Below, one piece after another: positions 1 to 8,372 of a DNA stretch of 32,000 nucleotides (positions within the stretch are counted from its first letter, which is position 1; each line of letters opens with the position of its first letter). The stretch lies in the NCBI RefSeq assembly GCF_001598795.1, contig NZ_BCZP01000005.1:90001-122000 (forward strand), read 5' to 3'. Under the pieces are notes generated by a model that was not told the DNA's origin, made no database searches, and saw only the letters and a list, made by a program, of their open reading frames with translations. The position numbers were made by a program, and so were the translations under genes. Source of the DNA: Delftia acidovorans NBRC 14950. GTDB lineage: Bacteria; Pseudomonadota; Gammaproteobacteria; Burkholderiales; Burkholderiaceae_C.

Positions 1-138
1 GCCATCCATGACCGCAGTGAAGATGGTGCCGCCTACGCTGCCGCAGACGACATTCAACCTCGTCTTCAATCCTTCGGATCTCTGAAGATCAATGCCAGGA
101 CGGACTATCAGAGTGACTGTTGTTTCTTCTGTTGCCAT
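1..138 (-). CDS. hypothetical protein, N-terminal fragment (gene continues beyond window start)
   Basis: Hand translation of the minus strand from ATG (138..136) gives MATEETTVTLIVRPGIDLQRSEGLKTRLNVVCGSVGGTIFTAVMDG..., open to position 1. GAGGA lies 6 nt upstream of the ATG. It is co-directional with the amidase gene just upstream. No family recognised. Confidence 0.3.
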   Translation of the reverse strand, partial: MATEETTVTLIVRPGIDLQRSEGLKTRLNVVCGSVGGTIFTAVMDG

Positions 139-226
139 GCTGTGTCCTCGTCGGAATGGCTTCAACCGTCGCTGCACGCGCCTTCCGTAGTTGTGAAGGC
201 GTGGGGAGTCCGCGCTATTAAGGTGT

Positions 227-1105
227 TCAGTATTTGTTGCCCACGTACGTTGAATCCCAGGCTTCGGGAATCACCAGGCCGTCGCCCACGGTGAAGTTCT
301 TGCCACCATCCTGGAGCCCGAACGTGCTCTTTGCCCACAGGCCCAGCGTTTGCCAGATCAACGACCCTGGATCGGATTGGCGATCCTTACTCGACTGCCG
401 ATGAGGGTGGACCGTCTTGATGGCGCCATTCTGGGCCGCGACCGAATCGATGATCCACCTGATCGTCGTCTGGACAGCTATCGTCTGCGCTTTCGGGAGA
501 TTCATGGGCAAGCGCTTGGGGTTCGAGCCGCCAGGTTGCCAGAGTGTCTCCGGCTTCCCCTCTATCCCAGCAAACCAGCCGTCGATCTCGATGCCGACGC
601 TGATCTTGTTGAGGTTTCCTGCATGGTTGCAAACCTCAGTCAGCGCATATAGCTGGTAGATCTTTCCCCCGCGCGTGACGCCGAAATGAATGGGCACGTT
701 GTGCCAGGCTTCTGCCGTTTCCCCGATCTTGGCGGCCGTCTGGTGCAGCACGATCGCGGTGATCGCGGACCAAGGCCTGAACGGATTGGACTTGGAACGC
801 CCTGAGTGTGGGTGCTTGAGTTCTTCGTTAATGATCTCGCTGGGAGCCGGACTCGTGCTCAAGGAGTTGAAGGCCTTGTCCAGTGCGGCTGCTCCGGCCA
901 CGGTGACCGATTTGGGGAGATCATCGGTTGGTGCAAGCAACCCTGCTTCGATCATGAAAGCGGCATACGCAGTCAGCGTTTCATCCCCAAGATCTGCATC
1001 AGCGCCGAAACGAGGCAGAGCATAGCCGAGCGCTAAAAGCTGCTTCTGAATGTTCTCGACCGCAGGCCCCTTGGAGCCGCTCTTCAGTGCACTCAAAATT
1101 GCCAT
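227..1105 (-). CDS. peptidoglycan-binding domain + N-acetylmuramoyl-L-alanine amidase (Amidase_2/PGRP-like)
   Basis: 292-aa ORF. The N-terminus GSKGPAVENIQKQLLALGY...GADADLGDETLTAYAAF looks like a PG_binding_1 repeat. The C-terminal half carries AIVLHQTAA...HFGVTRGGKIYQL...NHAG..NKISVGIEIDG...HPHRQSS..DPG, the Amidase_2 His/His/Asp-type pattern. AAGGAA SD upstream of the ATG at 1105. Confidence 0.85.
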   Translation of the reverse strand: MAILSALKSGSKGPAVENIQKQLLALGYALPRFGADADLGDETLTAYAAFMIEAGLLAPTDDLPKSVTVAGAAALDKAFNSLSTSPAPSEIINEELKHPHSGRSKSNPFRPWSAITAIVLHQTAAKIGETAEAWHNVPIHFGVTRGGKIYQLYALTEVCNHAGNLNKISVGIEIDGWFAGIEGKPETLWQPGGSNPKRLPMNLPKAQTIAVQTTIRWIIDSVAAQNGAIKTVHPHRQSSKDRQSDPGSLIWQTLGLWAKSTFGLQDGGKNFTVGDGLVIPEAWDSTYVGNKY

Positions 1106-1175
1106 GGCAGTTCCTTTTTCCCAGAGTAGTCGCGGAGAGACCAGTAGCGCGTTGGCGCCTCATTGGTCCGTACGG

Positions 1176-1868
1176 TCACTGGATGGCGTCCTCCCCGGTC
1201 ACCACTAAGGTGTCACCGTTGGCAAAGTAGAAGTCCCCTGGTATTAGCTGCTGCGCTCGTTCTTCGATCTGTTCGAGCGTCAGCGCGTTTGGGTTGGCTT
1301 CCAGCTGGGTTAAGACCTCTTGCATGGCTGGAGCCAATGCCGGCAAGCTGTAGTCGGCAGGCCGGGTCCGAAACCCCGTGTCGCCTGTGACCGACTTCAT
1401 CGCGTTGATGCAGTTCTTCCCACAGGCGTTGCCGGCGATGAGCCTGATCCATTTGGGCCCGCCAACCAACACCGCCAAGTACATGGTCTTGGCCTTCGCT
1501 TGGGAAACACCCTGGTCCAGCAGTGCATCGTAGAGCACCCGATGCGTCATCCTCCACGAGCGGACGTGACGGTCGCAGTAGTGATCGTGGATCACAGCTG
1601 CCTTGATGAACCTTGTCTCAAAGGGACTCCCGATGAACGGCTGGAAGACTCCCGGGATTGAGGCACCGTCCGTCTTGAGCCCCGCCTTCGCCTCCCAGAC
1701 CGTTCCAGATGCATCTTTGAAACGCAGAGCCTCCTTGATGATGCATTCCCCAGCGGCCTCGCATCCCTTCGGCCAGAGCACCAAATCGCCACTGAATTGG
1801 GCTGGCGCCAACGTAGGAGTGAGCAGCGCGGCAGCCGTTGCCAGCGTCCGAAACCACGATGGATTCAT
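1176..1868 (-). CDS. secreted DUF1353-family protein
   Basis: 230-aa ORF with a signal peptide (MNPSWFRTLATAAALLTPTLAPAQF). It carries the DUF1353-like core G..TDGASIP......P......AAVIHDHYC. GGAGG lies 7 nt upstream of the ATG at 1868. Confidence 0.8.
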   Translation of the reverse strand: MNPSWFRTLATAAALLTPTLAPAQFSGDLVLWPKGCEAAGECIIKEALRFKDASGTVWEAKAGLKTDGASIPGVFQPFIGSPFETRFIKAAVIHDHYCDRHVRSWRMTHRVLYDALLDQGVSQAKAKTMYLAVLVGGPKWIRLIAGNACGKNCINAMKSVTGDTGFRTRPADYSLPALAPAMQEVLTQLEANPNALTLEQIEERAQQLIPGDFYFANGDTLVVTGEDAIQ

Positions 1869-2472
1869 CTAAAACCTCCGAAAAGGAGTAGCTTGATGCC
1901 AAACGCTGGTGTGCAAAACACGAGCCGACGATGTGCCGCCAGCAACGGCGCATACATTTGCAGTAGTTTCTCGGCGGCAAATGCTTTGTGAGCAGTGCTG
2001 CGGATAGTACGGCATCTGCACGTCATTGGGCAATTGATGGCGCCGATGCCGATTTGAGCCATGTGCCAGAGAAGTGATGAGCGACTTCGCGCAAGCCGAA
2101 GGCCACGCCAGAGGTCGTGCGCTGCCTCATCTTCAAGGCTCAGATCCGCGCCTGCCACAGCAGCCGATCGCCTACAGCGCCGATAAGCTCCGGCATAAGC
2201 GGCTGATTCCGGGTAACGCGGACGAGCCACTTTCGGCGCAAAGCGCTAACTCGCCAACTGCGCGAGCAGCCGGTTGCACGATTTAGCGTTGAGTCGTCTC
2301 TGATTGACCTGTTCCAGGTGCACAGCGTACCGCCGCGCCTGTCGAGAGTCAGTGGCCTCTTTCGCAGGCGACGGTCGCTCAGTTCTGAAATCTCAAAGTC
2401 AGTAGTCAGCTTGCAGTCGTCGTTCGGTAGCGCACTGCGGCTGTCCGCCCCTGGCCGGATTCTGTCCGATGC

Positions 2473-2787
2473 TCAGGCTTCCCGCAGTTGCCCGGCAAGC
2501 ACGACAAAGTTGCTGGTGCCAGCCGTGGATTCGACTCCCGAAGGCTTCGTCGTCGAAGCACTGACCAATGACCGGCCCGCCGCGTCAATCCACTCTGATT
2601 CGACCTCGCAAGCGATAGCGCCTGGCACCGGCAACTGGTCGACAGGTAAGGGGGCGGAACTCACGATGGCATCCTTCTCCACGAACCGATGCGTCCGACC
2701 TTGTGCGTCGACCAGGATGCATTCCACCAGGGGCGGATACGCGCTGTCGTCGACGAGACGTGTGATTTCAACGGAGATAACTTTCAC
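2473..2787 (-). CDS. small hypothetical protein (104 aa)
   Basis: GTG start (2787..2785). Codon third positions look coding. The sequence is MKVISVEITRLVDDSAYPPLVECILVDAQGRTHRFVEKDAIVSS.... It resembles small immunity-like proteins I recall near toxin loci, but I cannot name a family. Confidence 0.55.
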   Translation of the reverse strand: MKVISVEITRLVDDSAYPPLVECILVDAQGRTHRFVEKDAIVSSAPLPVDQLPVPGAIACEVESEWIDAAGRSLVSASTTKPSGVESTAGTSNFVVLAGQLREA

Positions 2788-3131
2788 GAATACCTACTTC
2801 TGCTGTTTGGGCGACCGTCTGCTGTTGGCCGAAGCCGGGCCTAGCTAATGGTGAGTACAGCACCGCAAAGCTGACCTTCGAGGCTGCACCTTGAGCGTCC
2901 GGTTAAGGAGAGGCATTCAACTGGTGCAGGCCGTCGCCAGTCGGCCAAGAGCGGACGCCTACCAAAGAACGCATCAAGGAAGTCTGCCAAACCGTCTCAC
3001 ACTCAAGGAGTGTCGCCGTTGGCAGACTCGAACAACTCGGGGGCTCCAGGCGACTTGCGCACGTATGATTCCCACCAGCCGTTGGCTGCCCGGGCCTGGC
3101 TGGATCCGTTTTCACACCCGCGGGGAGGAAG

Positions 3132-6100
3132 ATGCACAACGTGCAGTTCGAGATTTCGAAACCCACCGAAGATGGGGCCTTCGAAGACATGTGTGCCCGC
3201 ATCTACGGGACTGTCTTCAATGATCCATTGCCGCAGACGAACGGGCGCCGGGGTCAGAAACAAGGCGGCATCGATGTGTTCATCGATGCACCAGAAGGCC
3301 GGCTAGGCGTTCAATGCAAGAGGTACGCAGACGGTGCCCTGAAGCTCAAGCACGTAGAGCATGAGGTCTCAGAAGCAGACAAGGCGAACACCCCAATCGT
3401 ACGCCTCATCGTCTCTACCACTGCCACGAGTGATGCGGTGCTTCTGCGGGAAGTGCAGGACCTGTCCGATGCCAGGGTGGCTAAGGGGAAGTATCCAGTC
3501 AAGATTGAGTTCTGGCAGGACCTCTGCCGGCACATTCGCGGCAGTTCGAAGCTCCAGAACGACTACGCTCCCAATGCACCTGGCGCCGTCTTTCACCGCT
3601 TGGATGAACAGAACTCAGGGATTGAGGCGAACCTGCTCAGCATCAACTCCAAACTGGAAGTTCTGACTGGCCTGCCCAGCGGCCGTGCCGACTCGGTCAA
3701 TAAGTTCCTTACTTCGCAACTTGACGCCGTCAACGATGTGCTTCGAGCCTCAAGGTTCAAGGATGCCTTTGAAGACTTGCAGCGTATCGGCGCGGACATG
3801 TCGCTTTTCGATGCTCACCAGCAGGCACGCTGGTACGTGCAGCGGGGCGTCTGCACGTGGCATCTGGAGAGCGGCGCTGCTGCTGCCCCTGACTTCCTTC
3901 GCGCCTCCGAGCTGTATCCCGACGACGAGAAAATCGCAGCTGCGAAGGTGAGAGGCCTCCTCTTCACTGACAAGGTCGACGAGGCACTGGCCGCAGGACA
4001 TGAGGCACTGGCAAGGTATCCCGTATCAGTCCACGTCTGGATTGCCCATGCCAATGCCAGGATGGTCAAGGGTCACACCCTGGCGCTCGCTGATGCACCG
4101 GCCGCGATGCGCGACGACTGCGATGTGCTGCAGCTCCTTGCTTGGGCGCGGAAGAAGGCCGGAGACCTAGCTGGCGCCGTCGAGCTTAGCGCCAAAGCAT
4201 TGGCCAAGCCGAACGCTGCGTTCTTTGTCAGGAACACGGCGCTGGTGTTGGCACTCGAGGCAGCTGCCTGCGACCCCGTAAAGGTCGCACATGGTCTGGT
4301 GGGCGAAGCAGCAATCGCCGCGCTTAGGCAGGCAGTCGAAGCGCTCACCCCGCGAAAAGACCAGGTTTGGGCGGTGCAATCGCCGGGCTCAGTCGAAGAA
4401 ACGCTGGTGCACCTTGGCTACAGCTACCTTGTGCTGGGTGCGCCTGGTGAGACTTTGGCTCTTATCGAGGAGGCCCGACACGCCGGCGTGCTGCCCCCTC
4501 GGCTGAAACGCGTCGCACTAGAAGCCTATCGTAGACTGGGCCGCTCAGACGAATTGGACCAACTTGGTCGGGAGTGGCTGGAAGATCTGGAGGAAGAGGC
4601 GTTGATTCTGGTCGCGGAGCATGCCGCTGATGTGGGCGATGTTCAGCTGGTCGAGGCAGTGCAAGCCTTGGTGACGCAAAAGGGCTACCAGCAGGCAGAG
4701 GTGCCGCACTTGCTGCTCGCTATGCGGTGGGTCGCTCTTTGGCGCTCGGGCACCGGCAAGCTGCAAGCGCTGACGGAGGTCAAGGCAGCGGATGTTGCGA
4801 ACTCAAACAGCCTCGCCGTCATATGTGGCGGCGCCCGGATACTGCATGCGGATAAAGACGAAGTGACAGCCGATGCCGCGATTGAAAAGGCCTGCACCCT
4901 GGTGTCAAAGGACACTGCTTCGGCAGAGCGACTCTTGCTCGCGGACCTGCTCTTCGCCACGGACAAGCTGGAGTTTGCCGCTCGTCAGTACGAGCTACTC
5001 GCCCCACGCGGCAAGCACTCCGAGCTCCACAACCGGCTGCTTCGCTGCTATGTGCGCACGGGCGCACTCCGCAAGGCGAAGGAACTGATCTTGTCGTTTC
5101 CAGACACCTGGACAAGCGACGAACGAACTTTGAGTCTCGCAATTGACCTAGGACAGCAGGCATCAGACTGGGAGTTTCTGGTTCCCCTTGCTGAGTTGCA
5201 TTGCGAGCGGCGGCCGCAGGAGGCCGGCGGCTGGTTGCTACGTCTCGCGCTCGACCTCAAGATGCGCAAGATGGCCCGATTCCACCATGCGCTTGAGTCG
5301 GTTCCGGCCGACTTGTCAGGGCCACCAAGACTCCTTTCTCAGGTTGCGTCACTTGAACTCCGCTTCGGCCGCAAAGAGACCGGCATGCTGCGGCTGTATG
5401 GCATGTTTCGTCGCAACCTCGACGATGTAGATGCAGCCTCAGCCTACTTCATCGCCCTAGTTGCCGCACCTCAAGAGCTTCCATTCATGGAAGAGGAACT
5501 GACGGAAGTTCAGCCTGGGGTTGCCGTGACGCTCAAGAACGAATTGGGCGAGACGGTGACACTGTCTCTGGACCCGGCGGGTTTGCCGGGCCTCCCAGCT
5601 CGCGAAGGCATGGTCGCTCCGTCCGATGATCTAGCCCGCAGCCTACTGGGCGCGGCCGTGGGCCAGCAAGTCTCTCTGCCCGGACCCTTCGGAACCGAAC
5701 TGCGCTTCGTTGTCGAAGGGGTGACAAGTACCTTCCGGCGGCTGCTTCACATCGCGCAGGCACGGGTCAACTCGCCTGTTGCTTCAAACCTGCCGTTGAT
5801 GTCCGTTCCTGTCCCGAAAACAGACAAAGGGGTCGATTTCAGCCACGTGCACGCCATGCTGAAGCGGCAGTCCGAGCACTCACGCCGCGCGCTTCAAGGC
5901 TACGCGGACAGCCCCATCACGCTGGGAATTTTGGGCAAGCTGCTCGGCCGAAGCGTGATAGACATGGTCGCTGGTTGGCCGTCTGACGCGCCGCCCTTGT
6001 TCGTGTGCGATGGCACCAAGGAGCAACGGGAGGCTGCTGTTGAACTGCTCCAACGGCATGACGTCGAGTATGTTGTTGACGCTGCAACCATTGCCGAACT

Positions 6101-7373
6101 GGCGTCACTTGACTGTCTTGCCGCCCTGGCGGCGTTACCTCGCGTCTATATCTCTACGAAGTCCGTTGAGACTCTCGAAGCTCGACTCGAAGAGGCGAAG
6201 GTCGAACGCTCCGACGGGCAGATGTTTGATGACAACGGCACGATGCGGTTTGTCGAGTACACGACCCAGGACAGGGAGCGGCAGACCGCGTTCATTCAAA
6301 CCATGGTTGACGCCGTCCGACTGCACTGTGTGATGGCTCCTGCTTATGGCCCGGAAGAGATTCCGGCAGACCTGGAGCGAGCGCAGGACGTTCTCGAAGA
6401 CGAGGAACTCGCTGCACTGCTACTGACATCGGAAAAGAACGCAACCCTGTTCACCGTTGACGGGCGACTCGCTCAGTTTGGTCTTGCATCGGCGAAGCTC
6501 AAGTCGGTGTGGCCGCAGGAGGTTCTCCGGTACGCCGGAGAACGAGGGGAACTGACGCCCCAGCAATACACCTACGCTGTCGTTCGGATGTTTCTGCGGA
6601 ATCGCAGCTTCGTCTCGCTAGGCTCGTACGACTTGGTGTTCATGTGCTTGCAAGGAGGCTACGCGCTAACCGAGGGGCTTCAGCGATTCAAGGACTACTT
6701 GGCCTCCGGTTCCACTGAGCTTGTGTCGGCTGTTTCTGTTGCGTTCGAGTTCCTCGAGCTTCAAGCGCAACACCCCACTCAGTTCAAGGCGTTTGCGGAG
6801 CTCATGGGCCACATCGTCGAAGCGAGCCTTCGCCATCCGCACTGCAATCAGGAGGTACTCTTAAAGTTCGCACTTGATTTTGCAAGCGATATGGCACTCA
6901 AGAGCAATGGTACCTTCATACCGTACTCTCTTGCCGAGGGCTACAGGCAGGCGCGCATGCGTGTCTACGCCAAGGTCCTCGGGGATGCGGTTGAGGCCGC
7001 CGAACGGCTAGCCAGTTCACCTCCGCGTCGACGAGCAATCAAGCTGCGTGCGTTGAAGTGTACGCAGCCTCCGTATCTCACGTTCGATGGTGAGGCGAGG
7101 GATCCAGTCGAGCCACCTATCCAGCAAGTGGACGCGGCGCGCGGAGAAGACTTTCAAGCCGAAGGTGTTACGACCACGTTAGGCAGCAGTCAGGCAGTGA
7201 TGCCGCCCCGCGCTGACGAAGCGGATGAACGTGCTGAAGATGCGACAACTAAACAGGAGCCGCAGCGAAGCACAGGGGGCGACTTGACGGTCAACTTCGA
7301 AACGGGCTCCGTTCCCCGAAAGCAGTCAGAACCCGATCCACTAACAATCCTAAAAGTGCCACTGGAAAGCTAA
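3132..7373 (+). CDS. large multidomain protein: N-terminal Mrr-like PD-(D/E)xK nuclease, TPR-like helical repeats, PIN-like module, acidic disordered tail
   Basis: 1413-aa ORF with GGAGGAAG immediately upstream of the ATG. The N-terminus FEDMCARIYG...GQKQGGIDVFIDAPEGRLGVQCKRY...IVRLIVSTTATSDAV follows the Mrr_cat pattern (D48 at 3273-3275, Q-C-K63 at 3312-3320). The Ala/Leu-rich repeat region (~3800-5300) looks TPR-like. EYVVDAATIAEL (D983, 6078-6080), RVYISTKSVETLE and DEELAALLLTSEKNATLFTVDGRLAQ (D1110, 6459-6461) follow the PIN acidic-residue layout. I saw no Walker A motif. Confidence 0.85.
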   Translation: MHNVQFEISKPTEDGAFEDMCARIYGTVFNDPLPQTNGRRGQKQGGIDVFIDAPEGRLGVQCKRYADGALKLKHVEHEVSEADKANTPIVRLIVSTTATSDAVLLREVQDLSDARVAKGKYPVKIEFWQDLCRHIRGSSKLQNDYAPNAPGAVFHRLDEQNSGIEANLLSINSKLEVLTGLPSGRADSVNKFLTSQLDAVNDVLRASRFKDAFEDLQRIGADMSLFDAHQQARWYVQRGVCTWHLESGAAAAPDFLRASELYPDDEKIAAAKVRGLLFTDKVDEALAAGHEALARYPVSVHVWIAHANARMVKGHTLALADAPAAMRDDCDVLQLLAWARKKAGDLAGAVELSAKALAKPNAAFFVRNTALVLALEAAACDPVKVAHGLVGEAAIAALRQAVEALTPRKDQVWAVQSPGSVEETLVHLGYSYLVLGAPGETLALIEEARHAGVLPPRLKRVALEAYRRLGRSDELDQLGREWLEDLEEEALILVAEHAADVGDVQLVEAVQALVTQKGYQQAEVPHLLLAMRWVALWRSGTGKLQALTEVKAADVANSNSLAVICGGARILHADKDEVTADAAIEKACTLVSKDTASAERLLLADLLFATDKLEFAARQYELLAPRGKHSELHNRLLRCYVRTGALRKAKELILSFPDTWTSDERTLSLAIDLGQQASDWEFLVPLAELHCERRPQEAGGWLLRLALDLKMRKMARFHHALESVPADLSGPPRLLSQVASLELRFGRKETGMLRLYGMFRRNLDDVDAASAYFIALVAAPQELPFMEEELTEVQPGVAVTLKNELGETVTLSLDPAGLPGLPAREGMVAPSDDLARSLLGAAVGQQVSLPGPFGTELRFVVEGVTSTFRRLLHIAQARVNSPVASNLPLMSVPVPKTDKGVDFSHVHAMLKRQSEHSRRALQGYADSPITLGILGKLLGRSVIDMVAGWPSDAPPLFVCDGTKEQREAAVELLQRHDVEYVVDAATIAELASLDCLAALAALPRVYISTKSVETLEARLEEAKVERSDGQMFDDNGTMRFVEYTTQDRERQTAFIQTMVDAVRLHCVMAPAYGPEEIPADLERAQDVLEDEELAALLLTSEKNATLFTVDGRLAQFGLASAKLKSVWPQEVLRYAGERGELTPQQYTYAVVRMFLRNRSFVSLGSYDLVFMCLQGGYALTEGLQRFKDYLASGSTELVSAVSVAFEFLELQAQHPTQFKAFAELMGHIVEASLRHPHCNQEVLLKFALDFASDMALKSNGTFIPYSLAEGYRQARMRVYAKVLGDAVEAAERLASSPPRRRAIKLRALKCTQPPYLTFDGEARDPVEPPIQQVDAARGEDFQAEGVTTTLGSSQAVMPPRADEADERAEDATTKQEPQRSTGGDLTVNFETGSVPRKQSEPDPLTILKVPLES

Positions 7374-7464
7374 GACCCAGCCTACTGGTTTAGTTCCGCA
7401 GGTTCCTCTGCGATATTATTACGTTTAGGCGCCGCATCACACACCCTCGATAAAGTGGAGAAGC

Positions 7465-8067
7465 ATGGACTGGCTTACGTTCATCAGCAAGTTAGTTGAC
7501 TCTTTAGCATGGCCAGTGGCAGGAGTTCTTCTGGGCCTCATCTTCCGCAAGAAGCTACTTGACCTGATTCCATTACTCCGCAGGGTGAAGGCGGGTCCAT
7601 TGGAAGCTGAGTTCGAGATCGCAGCAAAGCAAGTACTGGCAAGCACCGCTGAGCTGACCTCGAAGCAGCAGACACCAGATGTTGCCCAAACGGGAACTCA
7701 ACCGAACGAGGGAGACACAGCAGAGAAATTGCTTACAGCAAGATCTGAACCGACCGCAACCATCATCGAGGGTTGGTCAACATTGGACGGAGAGTTGTAT
7801 AAGCTTGGACGTCAGACTGGAATCGTGGTTGATCCACTTGAAAACCAACTCAAGGTGTATCAGGCCGTCATGGATTCAAACGTAATTCCAGTCGAGACAA
7901 GGCAGTTAGTGAAAAACCTTCGGCTGTTGCGAAATCAAGTCGCTCACGCGAAGGTCATTCCCACGCCCGAATCCGCACAGGACTATTTGGTGTCTATCGA
8001 GCGCGTGGTCGAACTCATACGCAACTACCGGAAAAACCTGCCTGGCTACACTGCCGATGTTCGCTAA
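7465..8067 (+). CDS. DUF4145/HEPN-like protein with N-terminal hydrophobic helix
   Basis: 200-aa ORF with GGAGA 5 nt upstream of the ATG. The N-terminal hydrophobic segment is LAWPVAGVLLGLIF. The C-terminus ...TRQLVKNLRLLRNQVAHAKVIPTPESAQDYLVSIERVVELI matches the DUF4145 pattern as I recall it (..lR..gN..aH....t..ea). It contains R-x4-H (RNQVAH, 7930-7947). Confidence 0.8.
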   Translation: MDWLTFISKLVDSLAWPVAGVLLGLIFRKKLLDLIPLLRRVKAGPLEAEFEIAAKQVLASTAELTSKQQTPDVAQTGTQPNEGDTAEKLLTARSEPTATIIEGWSTLDGELYKLGRQTGIVVDPLENQLKVYQAVMDSNVIPVETRQLVKNLRLLRNQVAHAKVIPTPESAQDYLVSIERVVELIRNYRKNLPGYTADVR

Positions 8068-8372
8068 GCACGGGAGCTCCTATGGCAAGCCACTAGGTGA
8101 GATTCGCCTCAAATGTCGAGCATCCGCAGGAGATACCCGTCACCGACCGACGTTAGTCGCGACCCATGGCTGCCGCCCGAAAGGCCGCGTGCCGGCGCGC
8201 GTATTGCTGCGAATGCAGGTCTCGGCTTCCGAAGATCGCATCTTTGCTTACGAGCTGAAGCGGTCATCGCTCATCTTCCTTCAAGTTGAGTATATATTTG
8301 TTACGTAATTAAGACCTCTCCTGCAAGCTAGCGAACCAAGCCAGCTTCTATGGAAGAAGAACCCATGTCAAC

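Noticed and set aside
1865-2230. 121-aa minus-strand ORF whose stop overlaps the DUF1353 start by ATGA
   Set aside because: The ATGA overlap is suggestive. However, there is no SD before either candidate start (GTG 2230, ATG 2062). The product is Arg/Cys/Ala-rich and unlike any family I know, and coding bias is unconvincing. I left it unannotated and mentioned it in a finding.
2250-2400. Minus-strand peptide ...ATDSRQARRYAVHLEQVNQRRL... vaguely resembling the R-Y-A-H-L catalytic-tyrosine end of tyrosine recombinases (possible integrase remnant)
   Set aside because: The similarity covers only ~6 residues. The frame is closed by a stop ~10 codons upstream, and no other integrase boxes are visible. 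This is too weak to call.
2318-2848. 176-aa plus-strand ORF overlapping the 104-aa minus-strand gene
   Set aside because: The product is Ser/Arg-rich with poor coding bias. The minus-strand ORF has better third-position bias and a globular-looking sequence.
3020-3095. tggcagactcgaac... resembling the reverse complement of a tRNA 3' end/T-loop (possible tRNA or att fragment)
   Set aside because: The flanks of the CTCGAAC element are not complementary, so no T-stem forms. No acceptor-stem pairing or anticodon arm could be drawn.
8057-8308. 83-aa plus-strand ORF in the gap between the HEPN-like and MTase-fold genes
   Set aside because: It starts inside the stop region of the upstream gene, lacks an SD and has odd composition (MFAKHGSSYGKPLGEIRLKCRASAGDTRHRPTL...). 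I treat the region as non-coding (see the ncRNA candidate finding).
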